DNA of 53,335 bases, filler included, from Diploschistes diacapsis (lineage: Eukaryota), in assembly GCA_023645945.1 (NCBI GenBank). It is 3 parts of 3 records of this genome, joined end to end, with 100 filler letters (N's around TTAATTAATTAA, not from the genome) between each part and the next. Parts side by side here need not be neighbours in the genome. Positions count along the whole stretch, not along the records: positions 17,823 to 35,532 come from JALAIB010000441.1; 2 more parts are not named here. One strand, written 5' to 3'. Positions within the stretch are counted from its first letter, which is position 1, and each line of letters begins with the position of its first letter. Made by a program: the position numbers and the translations under genes. Below the pieces are notes generated by a model. The model was not told where the DNA came from. It did not search any database and was given only the letters and a program-made list of their open reading frames with translations. Below, piece after piece: positions 24,604 to 35,632 of this stretch.

Positions 24604-26744
24604 TCAAGTTCTCTTTGCTCTTATGAGCATCTTGATTCTGGGCCACGGTACGGTGGCCGTGCCCCATCTGAAATGTCTGCTGGCGGAGAGACTCTCGTCC
24701 TCGAGCCGGAATTCGTAATCGCGCAGTAAGCACGTGAACGCAAGCTTTATGAGGTGGCTCGCAACAAAGCGCCCGGGGCTGGAAGGTATTATGAGCATCA
24801 GCCTGGCATTCCACATTTCCTTAACCGGATAGAACGCAAAACTTACCAGCCATGCTTCCCTGCTCCCCAGAGGAGATACGAAGGATCTATATCCGCAAAT
24901 CTGGACGACTCCGTGCACTCAGGGTCCCCGGGGGCGAAACGGAAGCCCTTGAAAGACTGAGCGTTGTGGAAATTGCTTTCATCCTGCATGATGTTCTGCT
25001 GTGCGACTATGATTGCGTCTCCCTGCTGGAGACTGACACCGCCTGGCAGAGTTACGGGCGCGATGACCTTCCGTCGAATGCTAACTATAAGATATCAGCC
25101 ATACAATCCTCCAAATGGGTGCCGCCTGAGATCGATCAGCTTGATATCCAGCCGGGGTTGACCAACTGGCTTCTCCTGGCGTTACGCGGTTTGACTCCTT
25201 AATAAAGCTATCGAGCAAAGGCTTCTCCGCGGACAGCTCAAGCTTCTCATCGGATCCTGAATGTGTTTCGGCTTCCATCCGTAGGGCTTCAAAGTACTCT
25301 GGATACTGACAGAGATCATAGAGTACCTGAATCGAGCTCTGTATCCGGTAAGTATCAGCACCACCAGGGGACATTCCATTGTTCTTACCATAACGGGCTG
25401 ATGAATTGACCCTAACCACAAACATAGAATAATGGAAACGATTTTGTCTGTTCCAAACGCTTGCTTGCGGGTCGCAGACTTGACGACCAGCTCAATTACG
25501 GTTTCCTGAGCAGGTCAGCTCCCAAATCTCAATGCCGAGAGCCGAGCATGGTAGCCCACATCGCCAGTTTCTATTGCGTCCGGAGTTGAGCACCTCCTTC
25601 TTTCGAGATAGCCTTCGACTATGGGGTTCAACCGTTCACAAAGATACCTTTGATTTCCGTGTCCTCTGGTAAGAAGCCGAGCAACAATGCTGTCCTTATC
25701 AGCACATCATCGAGGCAGGTAGTTACTGTATTTGCTCACTGCTTGAGGGCTCGAGGAGTGAACTTCAGACCTTCTGCCGCAATTACAATGTCGGTAGCGA
25801 AGCCCATAGCCGACGAGTAAAACTCGGGTTCATGAGCTGGTGATATTGGTTCAATAAAATCAGCCAGCATCGGGGGTACGTACCAAGCTCATGACCGAAG
25901 AAAAGCCTGCAGAACATGGAACCGATGACATTTCGTACCGCACTCGGTGCAGATACTTTAGTCCAGCCTATGGAAGCTTAACGGTGCATTCGTCCATGTG
26001 CTGTGGAAAGCCACACCTTCGTTAAGAGTCTCCCCCGCGTCCAGTTGTTTCTTCCACGACTTCGAGACGACTGATTCGAGAGCTTCGTCGAGCTGACCAA
26101 TGTTCTTCGTCAACGTTCCGAAAGCCAAGTGTGGTAGAAAGCCGTTGTCGCGACTGTTATCGTGCAATACGTAACCCCTAACGGTATATTCGAATTGGAA
26201 CACCTGAGGAGCACATAAGTTGCCTGGCTGCTAGAGGGGTACACAGGTGACTTACATAAGAAGCGAAACCGTGCAAGGAAAGTCGCGAGTCCGATGCTTT
26301 TGTAACGCTATCAATATCCTCTCGGGCTAGCAGTATAGTCAAGGGGCCCGCGAATGTAGGTACTTTCAGTGGAAAGCTTAAAGGCTACATTCTGTGAGCA
26401 GCAACCTCGAGAGGGTTCCTGTACCGACATTCGCATCTCTCAGGATCTGGTGGGCCGAGAGTTGCCAGTATACTGTCCTCCGTAACCATTGCCACGATCC
26501 AGTGCAGACGAGGAGAAAGCCTTGAGATGTCTGTTTCAGCAGCGAGTTAGGGATCGAGTGTGCCGATTATGAGGCGATGTCTTACCTGTATGCTGGAATA
26601 GATGGCGTGTTTACTTGGAACAAGCGTGAAGGTGGCTAGCAGTGCTAGAATTAGAACTAGTATACATGTTGTGAGAAGCCAAGATGGTAGCGCAGTGAGA
26701 GCTGGCAGAGATGCCGTGTCGATAACAAGAGCGAGCGAAGACAT
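24604..26744 (-). CDS. Cytochrome P450 monooxygenase (multi-intron, secondary-metabolism type)
   Basis: N-terminal TM helix; about ten short introns can be spliced into an open frame. I-helix region LWLGSIHQPVM; ExxR in SFIKESNR; heme motif WGAGKHGC-PGRF with the Cys codon split by intron 24779-24846. Some splice sites (e.g. a GTCGGT donor near 26429) are weak. Confidence 0.85.
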
Positions 26745-27358
26745 GGTTGAGAGTCAGTCCTGTTTGAGAGATAGCCGTGCAAGATGAGGTTTTTCAAAAG
26801 CTCGACCTCCTAGACAATGAGCAGCAGCGCCTGGTGAAGGGCAATTCTTCCTCAAAGACCCTGACCACGCCGCATTGTTCTTTAATGCCGATACAACTTC
26901 AAAAGGAGACCGGGATCGAGCTCGACTTCAGCCGAGACCTCGGAACCAGCCTAGGTACTCAGGAGAGGAAGAACAGTCAAGTGACAGGCCTTCCCACAGC
27001 CGCGAAGCTTGGCTGTGGCGAAGCATCATACTGGTAAAGCGTGAAGGAGGAGCGGGAGACAGTTGTGCTGGATGCAATGAGGCCTTTTCCGGTATCAGAG
27101 GCTTGGGATAAGGCGGTTGCCCTCCGATCTATTCTATCAGCATAAGCAAGGTTCATAGTAAGAGGGTGTAGAAAGCATGTGCCACTGCATGTTCAAACCC
27201 CCCCCCTGGTCTCAGGCCCCCTCATAAGCCAGCGTGGTGTAACTTCTCGTAGGATATCAGCGCGGATAATAAATGGGGTATGAGTAGAAGGTTGCATGCA
27301 TTAGCAGTTTGCACTAAGAGAGAGATTAATAAGCCACAAGCCAAGCCTCAGCTCCGTT

Positions 27359-27382
27359 GGTTGCACGTGTGGTTGCACGTGT
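27359..27382. repeat. Tandem duplication (GGTTGCACGTGT)x2
   Basis: Two exact 12-nt copies, each containing CACGTG, followed by (CAGT)n. Confidence 0.8.
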
Positions 27383-27453
27383 CAGTCAGTCAGACGGCAG
27401 TTGAGTCTTGCCGTACCAAGTAGTCGGTAGTCAGTCGGAGGAGGCTTTTATCA

Positions 27454-27487
27454 GAAGGTGGGAAGGTGGGAAGGTGGGAAGGTGGGA
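27454..27487 (+). repeat. Microsatellite (GAAGGTGG)x4
   Basis: Four exact 8-nt copies giving four GGG tracts. Confidence 0.9.
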
Positions 27488-27719
27488 TAGAAATTAGAAT
27501 AGAAATTGCGAGGACATTGCGCCGCATTGTGTGGGGACACGGAGCCCCTCACCCTCAATTAGGCTTAGCTTGCTAAACTGTACTAGTACTAGATAGTACT
27601 AGTATTATTTTACTAATGATGCCATTCTTTCACTAATGCACACTAATGCCCTTAATAATCCCCGACTAGAATGTTTGTTGTTACAACAATGTATAAGCTT
27701 GGGGAGGTAGTTTACGCCG

Positions 27720-27767
27720 CATCTGGCCGCATCTGGCCCCCATCTGGCCCCCATCTGGCCCCATCTG
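27720..27767 (+). repeat. Minisatellite of CATCTGGCC(C/G)n units, about 5 copies
   Basis: CATCTG recurs at 27720, 27730, 27741, 27752 and 27762. Confidence 0.85.
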
Positions 27768-28368
27768 ACTCTTGTACACTTACACGCAACAAAGTGAAGC
27801 CATAGCGAGCCTTTTTTGGTTATACCATGCGAGCAATATGAATGTTGGCCAAAGAAGTCCGCAGCCTCAATACCTGGTTGTCTGTTACACATTGACGTTA
27901 TTTGTGCTTCCTCGTGTACTTCTTGAAATCGGCTTGTAGTAACAACACTGCATGATAATTGGTGTAGTTTCCTTGTCAAAAGGGTTGGTGTTGAAAGATC
28001 TGTGATCCGCACATTGGCTAGTGCGCTCCTACTAGTCCTACCGAGCTCAAGCTTTCCCCCATCATAGCAATTATCTTCTTGAGTCAACAGATCCTGCATC
28101 TTGGCACGCTTTGCGCCGGGCGACCGGTGAGGCGACGAGAAATGATATGTATCCTACGCCCGCTGCTGCGAGGTCCCAGAGCGCGTCGCTGGGCTATAAA
28201 CTGTCTGAGCTTTTCGAAGACATTCGAGCGTCACAATTGGAAAAATACCCCTGTCTGTTGCCACTCGGATCGGATGGTCTTCCAAGCCATCTGGACAAGG
28301 AGGCCAACATTGGGTCTTTGAAGTTGCCCCCTCCTGTCCCTGGCAGGACCATTGGGGGGTCTCCGTAT

Positions 28369-29321
28369 TCAGCTCGATAAGCCAAGTGTTCTTGCACCGT
28401 AGTAAACCAGTGCAGTGCCAAACGCTGAAGCCACCAAGGCTGTCAATGATTTTCTTTTGATGTCGTTCATGACAAGATGTGAGATGACAGCGACACGCTC
28501 GTCAAGCGTCTCGGTGTCATTTACGTAGGGAAAGGGCACATCAGGTATCGGCTTCCCCAGGAACTTGCAGAGAGGTGCCCACCCTTCTTGCACTTGGAAT
28601 TCTAATAGTCGGTCTTTTGGCGTTACTCTTCGGACAAGTTCATAATGCTTTCGATACTTGTCTTTTGCTTTAGCTCTCAACTCATCCTGTGTCTCGGCAT
28701 CCATCCATCCCCGGACCCATTTGACAGTCATGGTTGAATAGCGTAGCAGGGGAGGATTGAAAAGAAAAACCATGTACTTGACGGCACGGAAGTCCATATA
28801 CTTGACGACTGTATCATTGAAGCTCTTGTACCATTTGTCGATATCCCGCTCGACCAGAATGATCTTGGCTTCAGGATATGCTTCGATTAGATCCTCAGAG
28901 AAACAGATTGCTGGAACATCCGAGACTGCGTTATAGTCGCCCAAGAGTTGATCCCACTCCCTGCGGCCGAAAGGTTTCCCTTTCTCAAAGAATTTGGCAT
29001 CCAAGGCTTCACCCCACATCTCTGATTCACTGAGATTGGTATAGATCTCTAGGGAGTGATAGCACTTGTAGCCTAGTATGTTCAAAGCCGACTGCATTGC
29101 TGCATATCGATAAGAGATTTGACCTGCTTGCAGGGGCAAAGGAAGAGTTGAGCAAACCCACATGTGAGCCCGGTGCGCATGAAACCCAGGTTGAGGACTT
29201 CCATAGGTACGATTCTTTTACATTTGTGCCGGTCAATGCCTCGATCCCGCTGAAAGAGCTCTGGATGCCGCTCACGCACCCCTACTTCCCATTTCGTCGA
29301 TGACTGTGGTTTATTTGACAT
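28369..29321 (-). CDS. Sulfotransferase-like P-loop protein (Sulfotransfer_4 family) with a C-terminal TM segment
   Basis: Intron 29100-29161 joins PMEVLNLGFMRTGLT to SMQSALNILGYKCYH. Family motifs WDQLLGDYNAVSDVP, LIEAYPEAKIILVERDIDKWYKS, RLLEFQVQEGWAPLCKFLGKPIPDVPFPYVND. Confidence 0.8.
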
Positions 29322-29524
29322 AATGATACAGTCGCCTAAGAGGATCGAGGTCGAACAAAGGAATACAGGTCTCCACTAGGCGCAACTTGAAGAAATAAAG
29401 AACCCAAGCAATGGTCGTTATAGAATTACAAAGTGTGTGTGGTTCACAGAGGTGACCGCTTGCAGCGACAAGTTATGCCAAGAAAATTTTCAGCAATTGA
29501 CCGTCCCTAACAGGAGTGGCTGAG

Positions 29525-30649
29525 TCATTGCAACTTCCATTTGTTTTCATCTTCTTCCCATTTCTTCAGCGCCCACTTTACGCCTCGCTGGATCCCTTCT
29601 TCGGTGCTAAATCGAGGCTTCCACCCTAAGCGTTCTTTGGCCTTGGCCACACTCCAGGTGCGTGTCTTGCACAAAAATTCAATCTTTTTGACCTGCAGGT
29701 GCCGAGGCCGTCTCTGCCCCCTGTAAAAGATCCAGTACAGCCATTCTGTGCAGCTGGCCAAGATGAGTATCAGCCATGTTGGAATGACCCACACCTCGTC
29801 CACCGGCTGATGAACACCTGCTGCAGCGAATATCTGCCGCGTAAAATTCCAAAACGGTACAGGCGCGTCGTCTGTCACATTGAATGCCTCTCCATCAACC
29901 TTGTGCGCACCGTGCGGCCCCCGGACGAGCGCCTTCGCAAGAAGCAGGTGCAAGTCTGCAACGTTACCCACATAGACTGGATCGTACAAGCTTGTGTTAT
30001 CTCCAAATTGAAGGAAGGACCTGCCCTGCTTGGCAAGCTCAAGCCCCATCCAGGTCATGTTACTGTCTCCTTCGCCGTAGGCGGCGCCGACACGGATGCA
30101 GCCTGTTTGAAGGCTTTCTGACGCTGGACCAGAAGGATGATTCGCCGCTCTTACCATGCCATCTGCCATTCCCTTGCTATGGAAATACGAATCTGGTCCA
30201 TGATCGAATGGTCCTCCATAGATGGGAGAGTCCTCGTCAGCCATGAAACATTCCCCCCGAGAATTATTGATGACGACCGTCGTAGACGAAGTGTAAATGA
30301 ATGCAATAACGGAAGGGCATTCTTTCGCACACGTGATAAGATTCTTTGTCCCTTCAATATTTATTTTGTAGTAAGCGGAGGGGTTTGGAGGGTCCTCAAA
30401 AGGGTCTGGCGATGCAGCGTGGATGACGACTCGGGGCTGAACTTTCGTGAGGCAGCTTTGAAGTGCATCGTACGAAGTGATGTCGCCAGCATGATAAAAG
30501 GCTGCAGAAATGCGATTGGAGCTTGGCCGGCGACTCAAAACATGGACCTCTTCTGCATCAGGATCTTCGAGCAGGGCCCGAACGATGTGATGCCCTATGA
30601 ATCCACATCCACCCACCACGAGTACGTTGCCCAGCTTCTTTGCGCTCAT
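29525..30649 (-). CDS. Extended SDR of the 3beta-HSD / sterol-4alpha-carboxylate 3-dehydrogenase (Erg26/NSDHL-like) family
   Basis: Intronless 374 aa ORF; GGCGFIG, HAASP, IYTSS, catalytic YFHSK, YGEGD, VYVGNVADLHLL, GEAFNVTDDAPVPFWNF, AKERLGWKP. Confidence 0.88.
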   Translation of the reverse strand: MSAKKLGNVLVVGGCGFIGHHIVRALLEDPDAEEVHVLSRRPSSNRISAAFYHAGDITSYDALQSCLTKVQPRVVIHAASPDPFEDPPNPSAYYKINIEGTKNLITCAKECPSVIAFIYTSSTTVVINNSRGECFMADEDSPIYGGPFDHGPDSYFHSKGMADGMVRAANHPSGPASESLQTGCIRVGAAYGEGDSNMTWMGLELAKQGRSFLQFGDNTSLYDPVYVGNVADLHLLLAKALVRGPHGAHKVDGEAFNVTDDAPVPFWNFTRQIFAAAGVHQPVDEVWVIPTWLILILASCTEWLYWIFYRGQRRPRHLQVKKIEFLCKTRTWSVAKAKERLGWKPRFSTEEGIQRGVKWALKKWEEDENKWKLQ

Positions 30650-30796
30650 TTGAGGGTGTCTAGGACCTGACTGAACAAGGCCTATGAGATTTTTTCTCGT
30701 GCGGAATTACCCAGCGTGGGTTAGCTAAGGGTGCCAAGACGCACGGGTTTAAAGAGGTGGGAAGTCGTAGGTGCGAGCAGCATAAATTTGGCATAA

Positions 30797-30859
30797 CTTA
30801 ATACACAAAACAAATAATTAATTAACCTTAATACACAAAACAATTAATTGATTAACCTT
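30797..30859. repeat. AT-rich 30-bp tandem duplication in the divergent SDR/Pth11-like promoter
   Basis: CTTAATACACAAAACAAATAATTAATTAAC (30797-30826) and CTTAATACACAAAACAATTAATTGATTAAC (30827-30856) differ at two positions. Confidence 0.85.
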
Positions 30860-31322
30860 TGTGGACGAACCTCACATGAAAAAATACCCTAAACTACAAT
30901 AGGTTTAAGCTCACAAAGTTACCATCTACTCCCGATAGTTCGTTAGCCCTAATTCTAAATCCTTCAAGAATATACTGCAGGGCGCGCCTATATGATCGAC
31001 GATTGCTTCACAAGCTTCACACATCTTATCATAAGGCCGGACGCTCACTAGGGACCGAACACGCCGGAGAGCCAACAAGGTGTGCAATTGTCATGTTTTC
31101 AATATTGCCTCCCACCACTGCCACCGCGCAATCAGTGCCGCCTGCGTAATCCATTTAGGATGATTAATTTCTCGTATACCATGCTTCCACGAGAACGACT
31201 CTCTGGATGGCTCCTTTCTTCCAAATTCTTGCATATCTTCTTTTTATACAAACGGCGCACAAGAGCATTGCGCACGTTTCTTTGTTCCTTCTCCAAAAGT
31301 TTGGTGAACTGCATCTAGTACG

Positions 31323-32635
31323 ATGTCTATCCCAACAGGCCTTCCACCAAGTGTTCTGGCAGAGATCCCCGCAGGCTCACCCCCAGATGGCCAGTTATCC
31401 AACTTCGTCGATCCTCCCTCGATCGGGCCCGCATTCGTAACAGTGGGAGCCATTGTCACGGCGATAATGATGGTCTTCGTCATGATCAGGTTCTACGCAA
31501 AGACATTCATCGTCAAGAAGCTATCGCCGGATGATTGGACCTGTCTAATAGCCACGATTGCTGCGCTGATCGTTTATGGATTCGAGGTAGTTGGAGTGAC
31601 TCAAGGTGTTTTCGGCCGGCATCAGTGGGATGTGTCCCTGCTCGACCTCACAAAGCCAGAGTTCTATATCCCAACCTACGTCACGAACTGGATGTCTTCA
31701 ATCGCTGTAGCTTTTGCAAAAAGCACATTCTTTCTTCTCTACCTTCAGATCTTTGCACCCTTCAAGGGTATCCGCTGGGCTATCTACATTGGACTGGGCT
31801 TCACGATTATCTGGTACACTGTATTTACTATTGCGCAGTTATATCTCTTAACGCCTGAGAATGGTGAAGGCTTCATCAAACAATTTGCGGAGCAGCGACA
31901 GCTGGACACCTTGAAGATATCGATCCCAATAACTGCGGGGAGCGTTTTCATCGACTTCTATGCCTTCGTTATTCCTATCATTGGAGTTTCCAAGCTACAG
32001 CTCTCCCGCAAGCGCAAGTTCGGTGTGCTGCTAATCTTCCTAACTGGCTTCATGTTCGTCTGCTACGCTTCGCGAAGTAGATGCACGCTGACGCGAATCA
32101 CAGTGCCTGCATAGCGTCGACCATCAGTTTGATATTCAAGATCATCCTCCAGAATAAAAGTAACGACTCGATCTACTACGGTCTGGATGTGCTTATCGCA
32201 GTGTATGTGGAGATATGCTTGGGAGTGGCTTGCACCTGCATGCCTTCTACCGCCAAGGTTCTCCGCCAGCACCTACCCGCTCTCGACTTCATCAAGTCGG
32301 CGCTGTCGAAACCATTCGCGTCGCTGGGGTCTACTCGAGCCAGTGGAGAGAAGCATCGCGGCGGCCTCCTTGGCTCCTACTCGCGAAAGCGAAACTTTGC
32401 GCGCACCGAATCGTCTGACGGGATAAATACCAAGGAGAGTATGGCTGTGCCGCATCCGCCGTGGCAACAGAGTTACGACGGTTCTCACAACGTTGAGCTG
32501 AGAAGATTCGAGGGCATGCACACCCATGTGGTGGCGGCCTCGGGGAAGCCGGCGGGGAAGAGGAGGCCATCCGAGACTGGTGGCATCCACCTTCGGCACG
32601 ACGTGCAGCAGACATGGCAGAATACGCCATTGTGA
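31323..32635 (+). CDS. Pth11-like (CFEM-less) 7-TM integral membrane protein
   Basis: PAGSPPDGQLSNFVDPPS, RFYAK...PDDW, FGRHQWDV, AKSTFFLLYLQIF, DFYAFVIPI, LQLSRKRK; intron 32054-32103; VEICLGVACTCMP; polar C-tail. Confidence 0.85.
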
Positions 32636-33203
32636 TGATGGGTCCCAACTTTCCATTCTATTTCCATTCTAACGCTATTGTGGATTTTATTTGTTTCTAC
32701 GAACTATTAGAGCCAGCAAAAGTCTGTCACACCAACCTCGGTCGTTTTGAATGATCAGAATCAACTGAACACAACATGGGGTCCGTGCAGGATCGGTAAG
32801 CAACTTGCAGTAGTAGACATAAGACCCATATACCTTGTAGAACTGTTGGGCCGCCCAGCCCGGTGGAGAGGTAAGTTTGCTGCATGTAAGCCTGATTACG
32901 AAGCGACCCCCCAAAACCAAGGTTAGCCCCACGCTAGTCCATGCCGCCACAAACAAGCATGGGGGGGTAATTTTACCATAAAATCGAGCTATTTTTGTAC
33001 AGCAAAAGATCGCCCTAACTTAATGTGGCGCCGACTAACGAGCGTGGTTCCAACCAAAGGTTAGCGCTGTTTGGCGCCATACATTGGGGGCTTTCCCGAT
33101 CCTTCTTTTACCAACTTGAAGCTGATAAATCACTGTCCGCAGTGGGACCCTAGGAAGTTGGCCATGGTCAACTGCCAGCTTTGCTCTTGTGGATGAATAG
33201 TAG

Positions 33204-35248
33204 ATGCTTTCGTCTTTTCTATCCGCTTTACAATGTCGTATATTCCAGTACGTCATGGCTATCCTCGGCGCTGCGGGGCCACTATTCGCCGCTTCTCGGC
33301 AGCTTTCACCTGTGGTGGTGCTTCTGCTTGCAACGCCTTTAGTATGGCTGCTATGGTACGTCTGGAAGTTTACAGTCTTCCCATTACTGAGACCGAACGA
33401 ACCCCGGTATTTGCCATACCTGACACCTTGTGAGTTTGATAGTGAAAGTGCCCGCATGGATGCTGACCGTTTGTTAAACAGTCCTTGGTGAGCAACCTCA
33501 TGGGAGCCAATGTTTGTGTGCAGCTAATACCATGCCGAAGGCCACGCTCTTTCTTTCTTCTATGATTCGAACAAGCTCATTAGTTACGGACTGTAAGTGA
33601 AAAGTCCCATCTGCCGTCTAGATATGCAAAAAGTCTACCCTCTTAGGAAAGCCGCTCATGAAGCTCAGGACATACTTCCAAAACTCACGGGAACCCTTCA
33701 TTATTCAAGTAGCCGGACAAAGGCTTGTTATCACGACCGCATCAGAAGATGTGGCTCAGATGTTCACGAGCGATGAGCTCAGCTTCAATGGGATCATGAA
33801 GATCCTCCACCGAGACGTTGCCAACATCTCAGAAGACGGAGTCTCCACCATCTGGCGGAAGCCCGAGGAGGGCTTCGAGTCGTTATTTCCGAACCCAAAG
33901 AAGCAGGCTCTTGTTCACACCGGAAGGAATCTGTTCCATAAGCAAGCTCTTCAAGGCGGCCTGCTTGAGGACCTTACCGACCGTTTTCTTGGTCGTGTAG
34001 AAAAGAGTACTCGCTGGGATTCATTCTTTCCTGGCACTGTCGTCGCATCCGAGGACAAGGAACGCATCGTATCCCTCCATCGATGGGCCTTGGAGGTACT
34101 GCTCGATGCTGCAACTGGTGCCTTCTATGGCGAAAGCATGACCAAGGTCCTGCCAGATATCGCCTCGATATTTGATGAATGGGATCAAAACGCCTTCCTC
34201 GTCGCCTACCGCTACCCCGACTTCCTTGCCAGAGCCGCCACAGTTCCGCGAGACCGGATCGTGGATGCTATCGCTCGTTACTACGAACTCCCACCCGAAC
34301 AGCGAAGCGATGCCGTCCCTTATGTCTTTCAGCAAGAAGACGAATGCCGGCACGCAGGTCTCTCGAATCTCGACTCGGCGAAGCTAATGATGATGCTCTA
34401 CTGGGCGTAAGTCGCTCTTGCCCCTAGCCCTTCGCCAGCGCTACCCTTCCACGCGCCTATCTCAATCGATCCCTGGTGGTCTGTACGCACATCAGATTGC
34501 TCATCCCTCATAAGCCCTAATCCCACCCTACATCGTTAACGGTTACTGACCCAAAGCTCATAGTGTGAACACAAACGCCCGTAAAGCCTTTTTCTGGGCC
34601 CTCGCCCACATCCTCTTCCGCCCCGCCCTCCTCGCCTCTCTCCGGACCGAAACCTCGCCTGCCATCACCCCAATTCAGCCCGACAGCAAGCAGCCCGTCA
34701 CAGCCTCCACCCCCGTCAAAATCGATTACCACTACCTCCTGGACAGCTGCCCCCTCCTAAACTCCACTTTCAACGAGACCCTCCGCGTCAACACCGCCTC
34801 CTCCATCGTCCGAGACGTCCTCTCCCCCTGCACCATCGGCGGCAAGCGCATCCCCGCCGACTGCAAGATCTTTGCTCCCCAGCCCCAACTCCTTTTTTCT
34901 ACCTCGGGTTTCGGGCCCGACGCCGGGGAGTTTGTTCCCGAACGGTTCATGGACGACAAGAAGCTCGAGCGCTCTGGGCACTACAGACCTTTTGGCGGCG
35001 GCGAGACGCTGTGCAGCGGGCGGCTGATTGCGAGGCGCGAGGTGCTGGCGTTCCTGGCGGTTGCGATGTGGAGATTCGAGATGGAGGCCGTGGGCGAGGG
35101 GGAGGTGGTGGCTGGTGTGGTGGGGAAGGGATTCCCGAGGACTGATGCGGGGAGGAGTTTGGGGATGAGCGTGCAGAGGAGGGGGGATGACGTGCTGGTT
35201 CGGATCAGGGAGAGGGAGAAGAAGGAGACGGCGAAGGGGATGGAGTGA
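33204..35248 (+). CDS. Cytochrome P450, CYP7/CYP8 (sterol 7alpha-hydroxylase / prostacyclin synthase)-like fungal type
   Basis: Start at 33204 or 33256. Exons end/span ..33429, 33482-33487 (6 nt), 33541-33592, 33669-34406, 34564-35248. Motifs EPRYLPYLTPFLGHALSFF, I-helix LYWAVNTNARKAFFW, ETLR, FVPERF, PFGGGETLCSGR. Confidence 0.88.
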
Positions 35249-35532
35249 CGGGTCAGGTACTAGGAAAGGAGAGAAACGAAGAGGGGAGCGGAGAAAAGAA
35301 GAAGTTTTGTACGGCATGTCCGATCGGATTCCGTGCGTGTAACGTACCGCTTGCATTACTGCCGGTATATACCACAATAGCCAAGTCAAGACAAAAAACT
35401 TCCCCAACCAACCGAGCACATCCAGCCCATCAAACTCCTTCGTTCATTTTCCGCAGAGCTTTCTTCCCCGCGCACCTCTCCTCTTTTTTCTTTCCTTCAA
35501 CTTTTCCGCTCCTGCCCCGTCCGCCCCTGCCC

Positions 35533-35632
35533 NNNNNNNNNNNNNNNNNNNNNNNNNNNNNNNNNNNNNNNNNNNNTTAATTAATTAANNNNNNNNNNNN
35601 NNNNNNNNNNNNNNNNNNNNNNNNNNNNNNNN
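35533..35632. other. Assembly spacer (N44-TTAATTAATTAA-N44)
   Basis: Same 100-nt artificial linker as at 17723-17822. Confidence 0.97.

Noticed and set aside
24242..24814. 190-aa minus-strand ORF as the P450 C-terminus
   Set aside because: Wrong frame; the heme motif and true C-terminus are in the frame that stops at 24604.
27720..27767. CRISPR-like array
   Set aside because: Units of 10-11 nt without unique spacers in a eukaryotic genome; a minisatellite.
23225..33018. Single CCCTAA hexamers in several cluster promoters (23225, 29505, 30887, 30947, 33013) as telomeric repeats or a cluster-specific motif
   Set aside because: Never tandem, also found outside the cluster, and too short to call without an enrichment test.
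23094..33203. Shared CGG-Nx-CCG site for the Zn2Cys6 factor
   Set aside because: Only isolated examples (e.g. CCGAGACCTCGG near 26932); no consistent spacing across promoters by eye. A MEME run would be needed.
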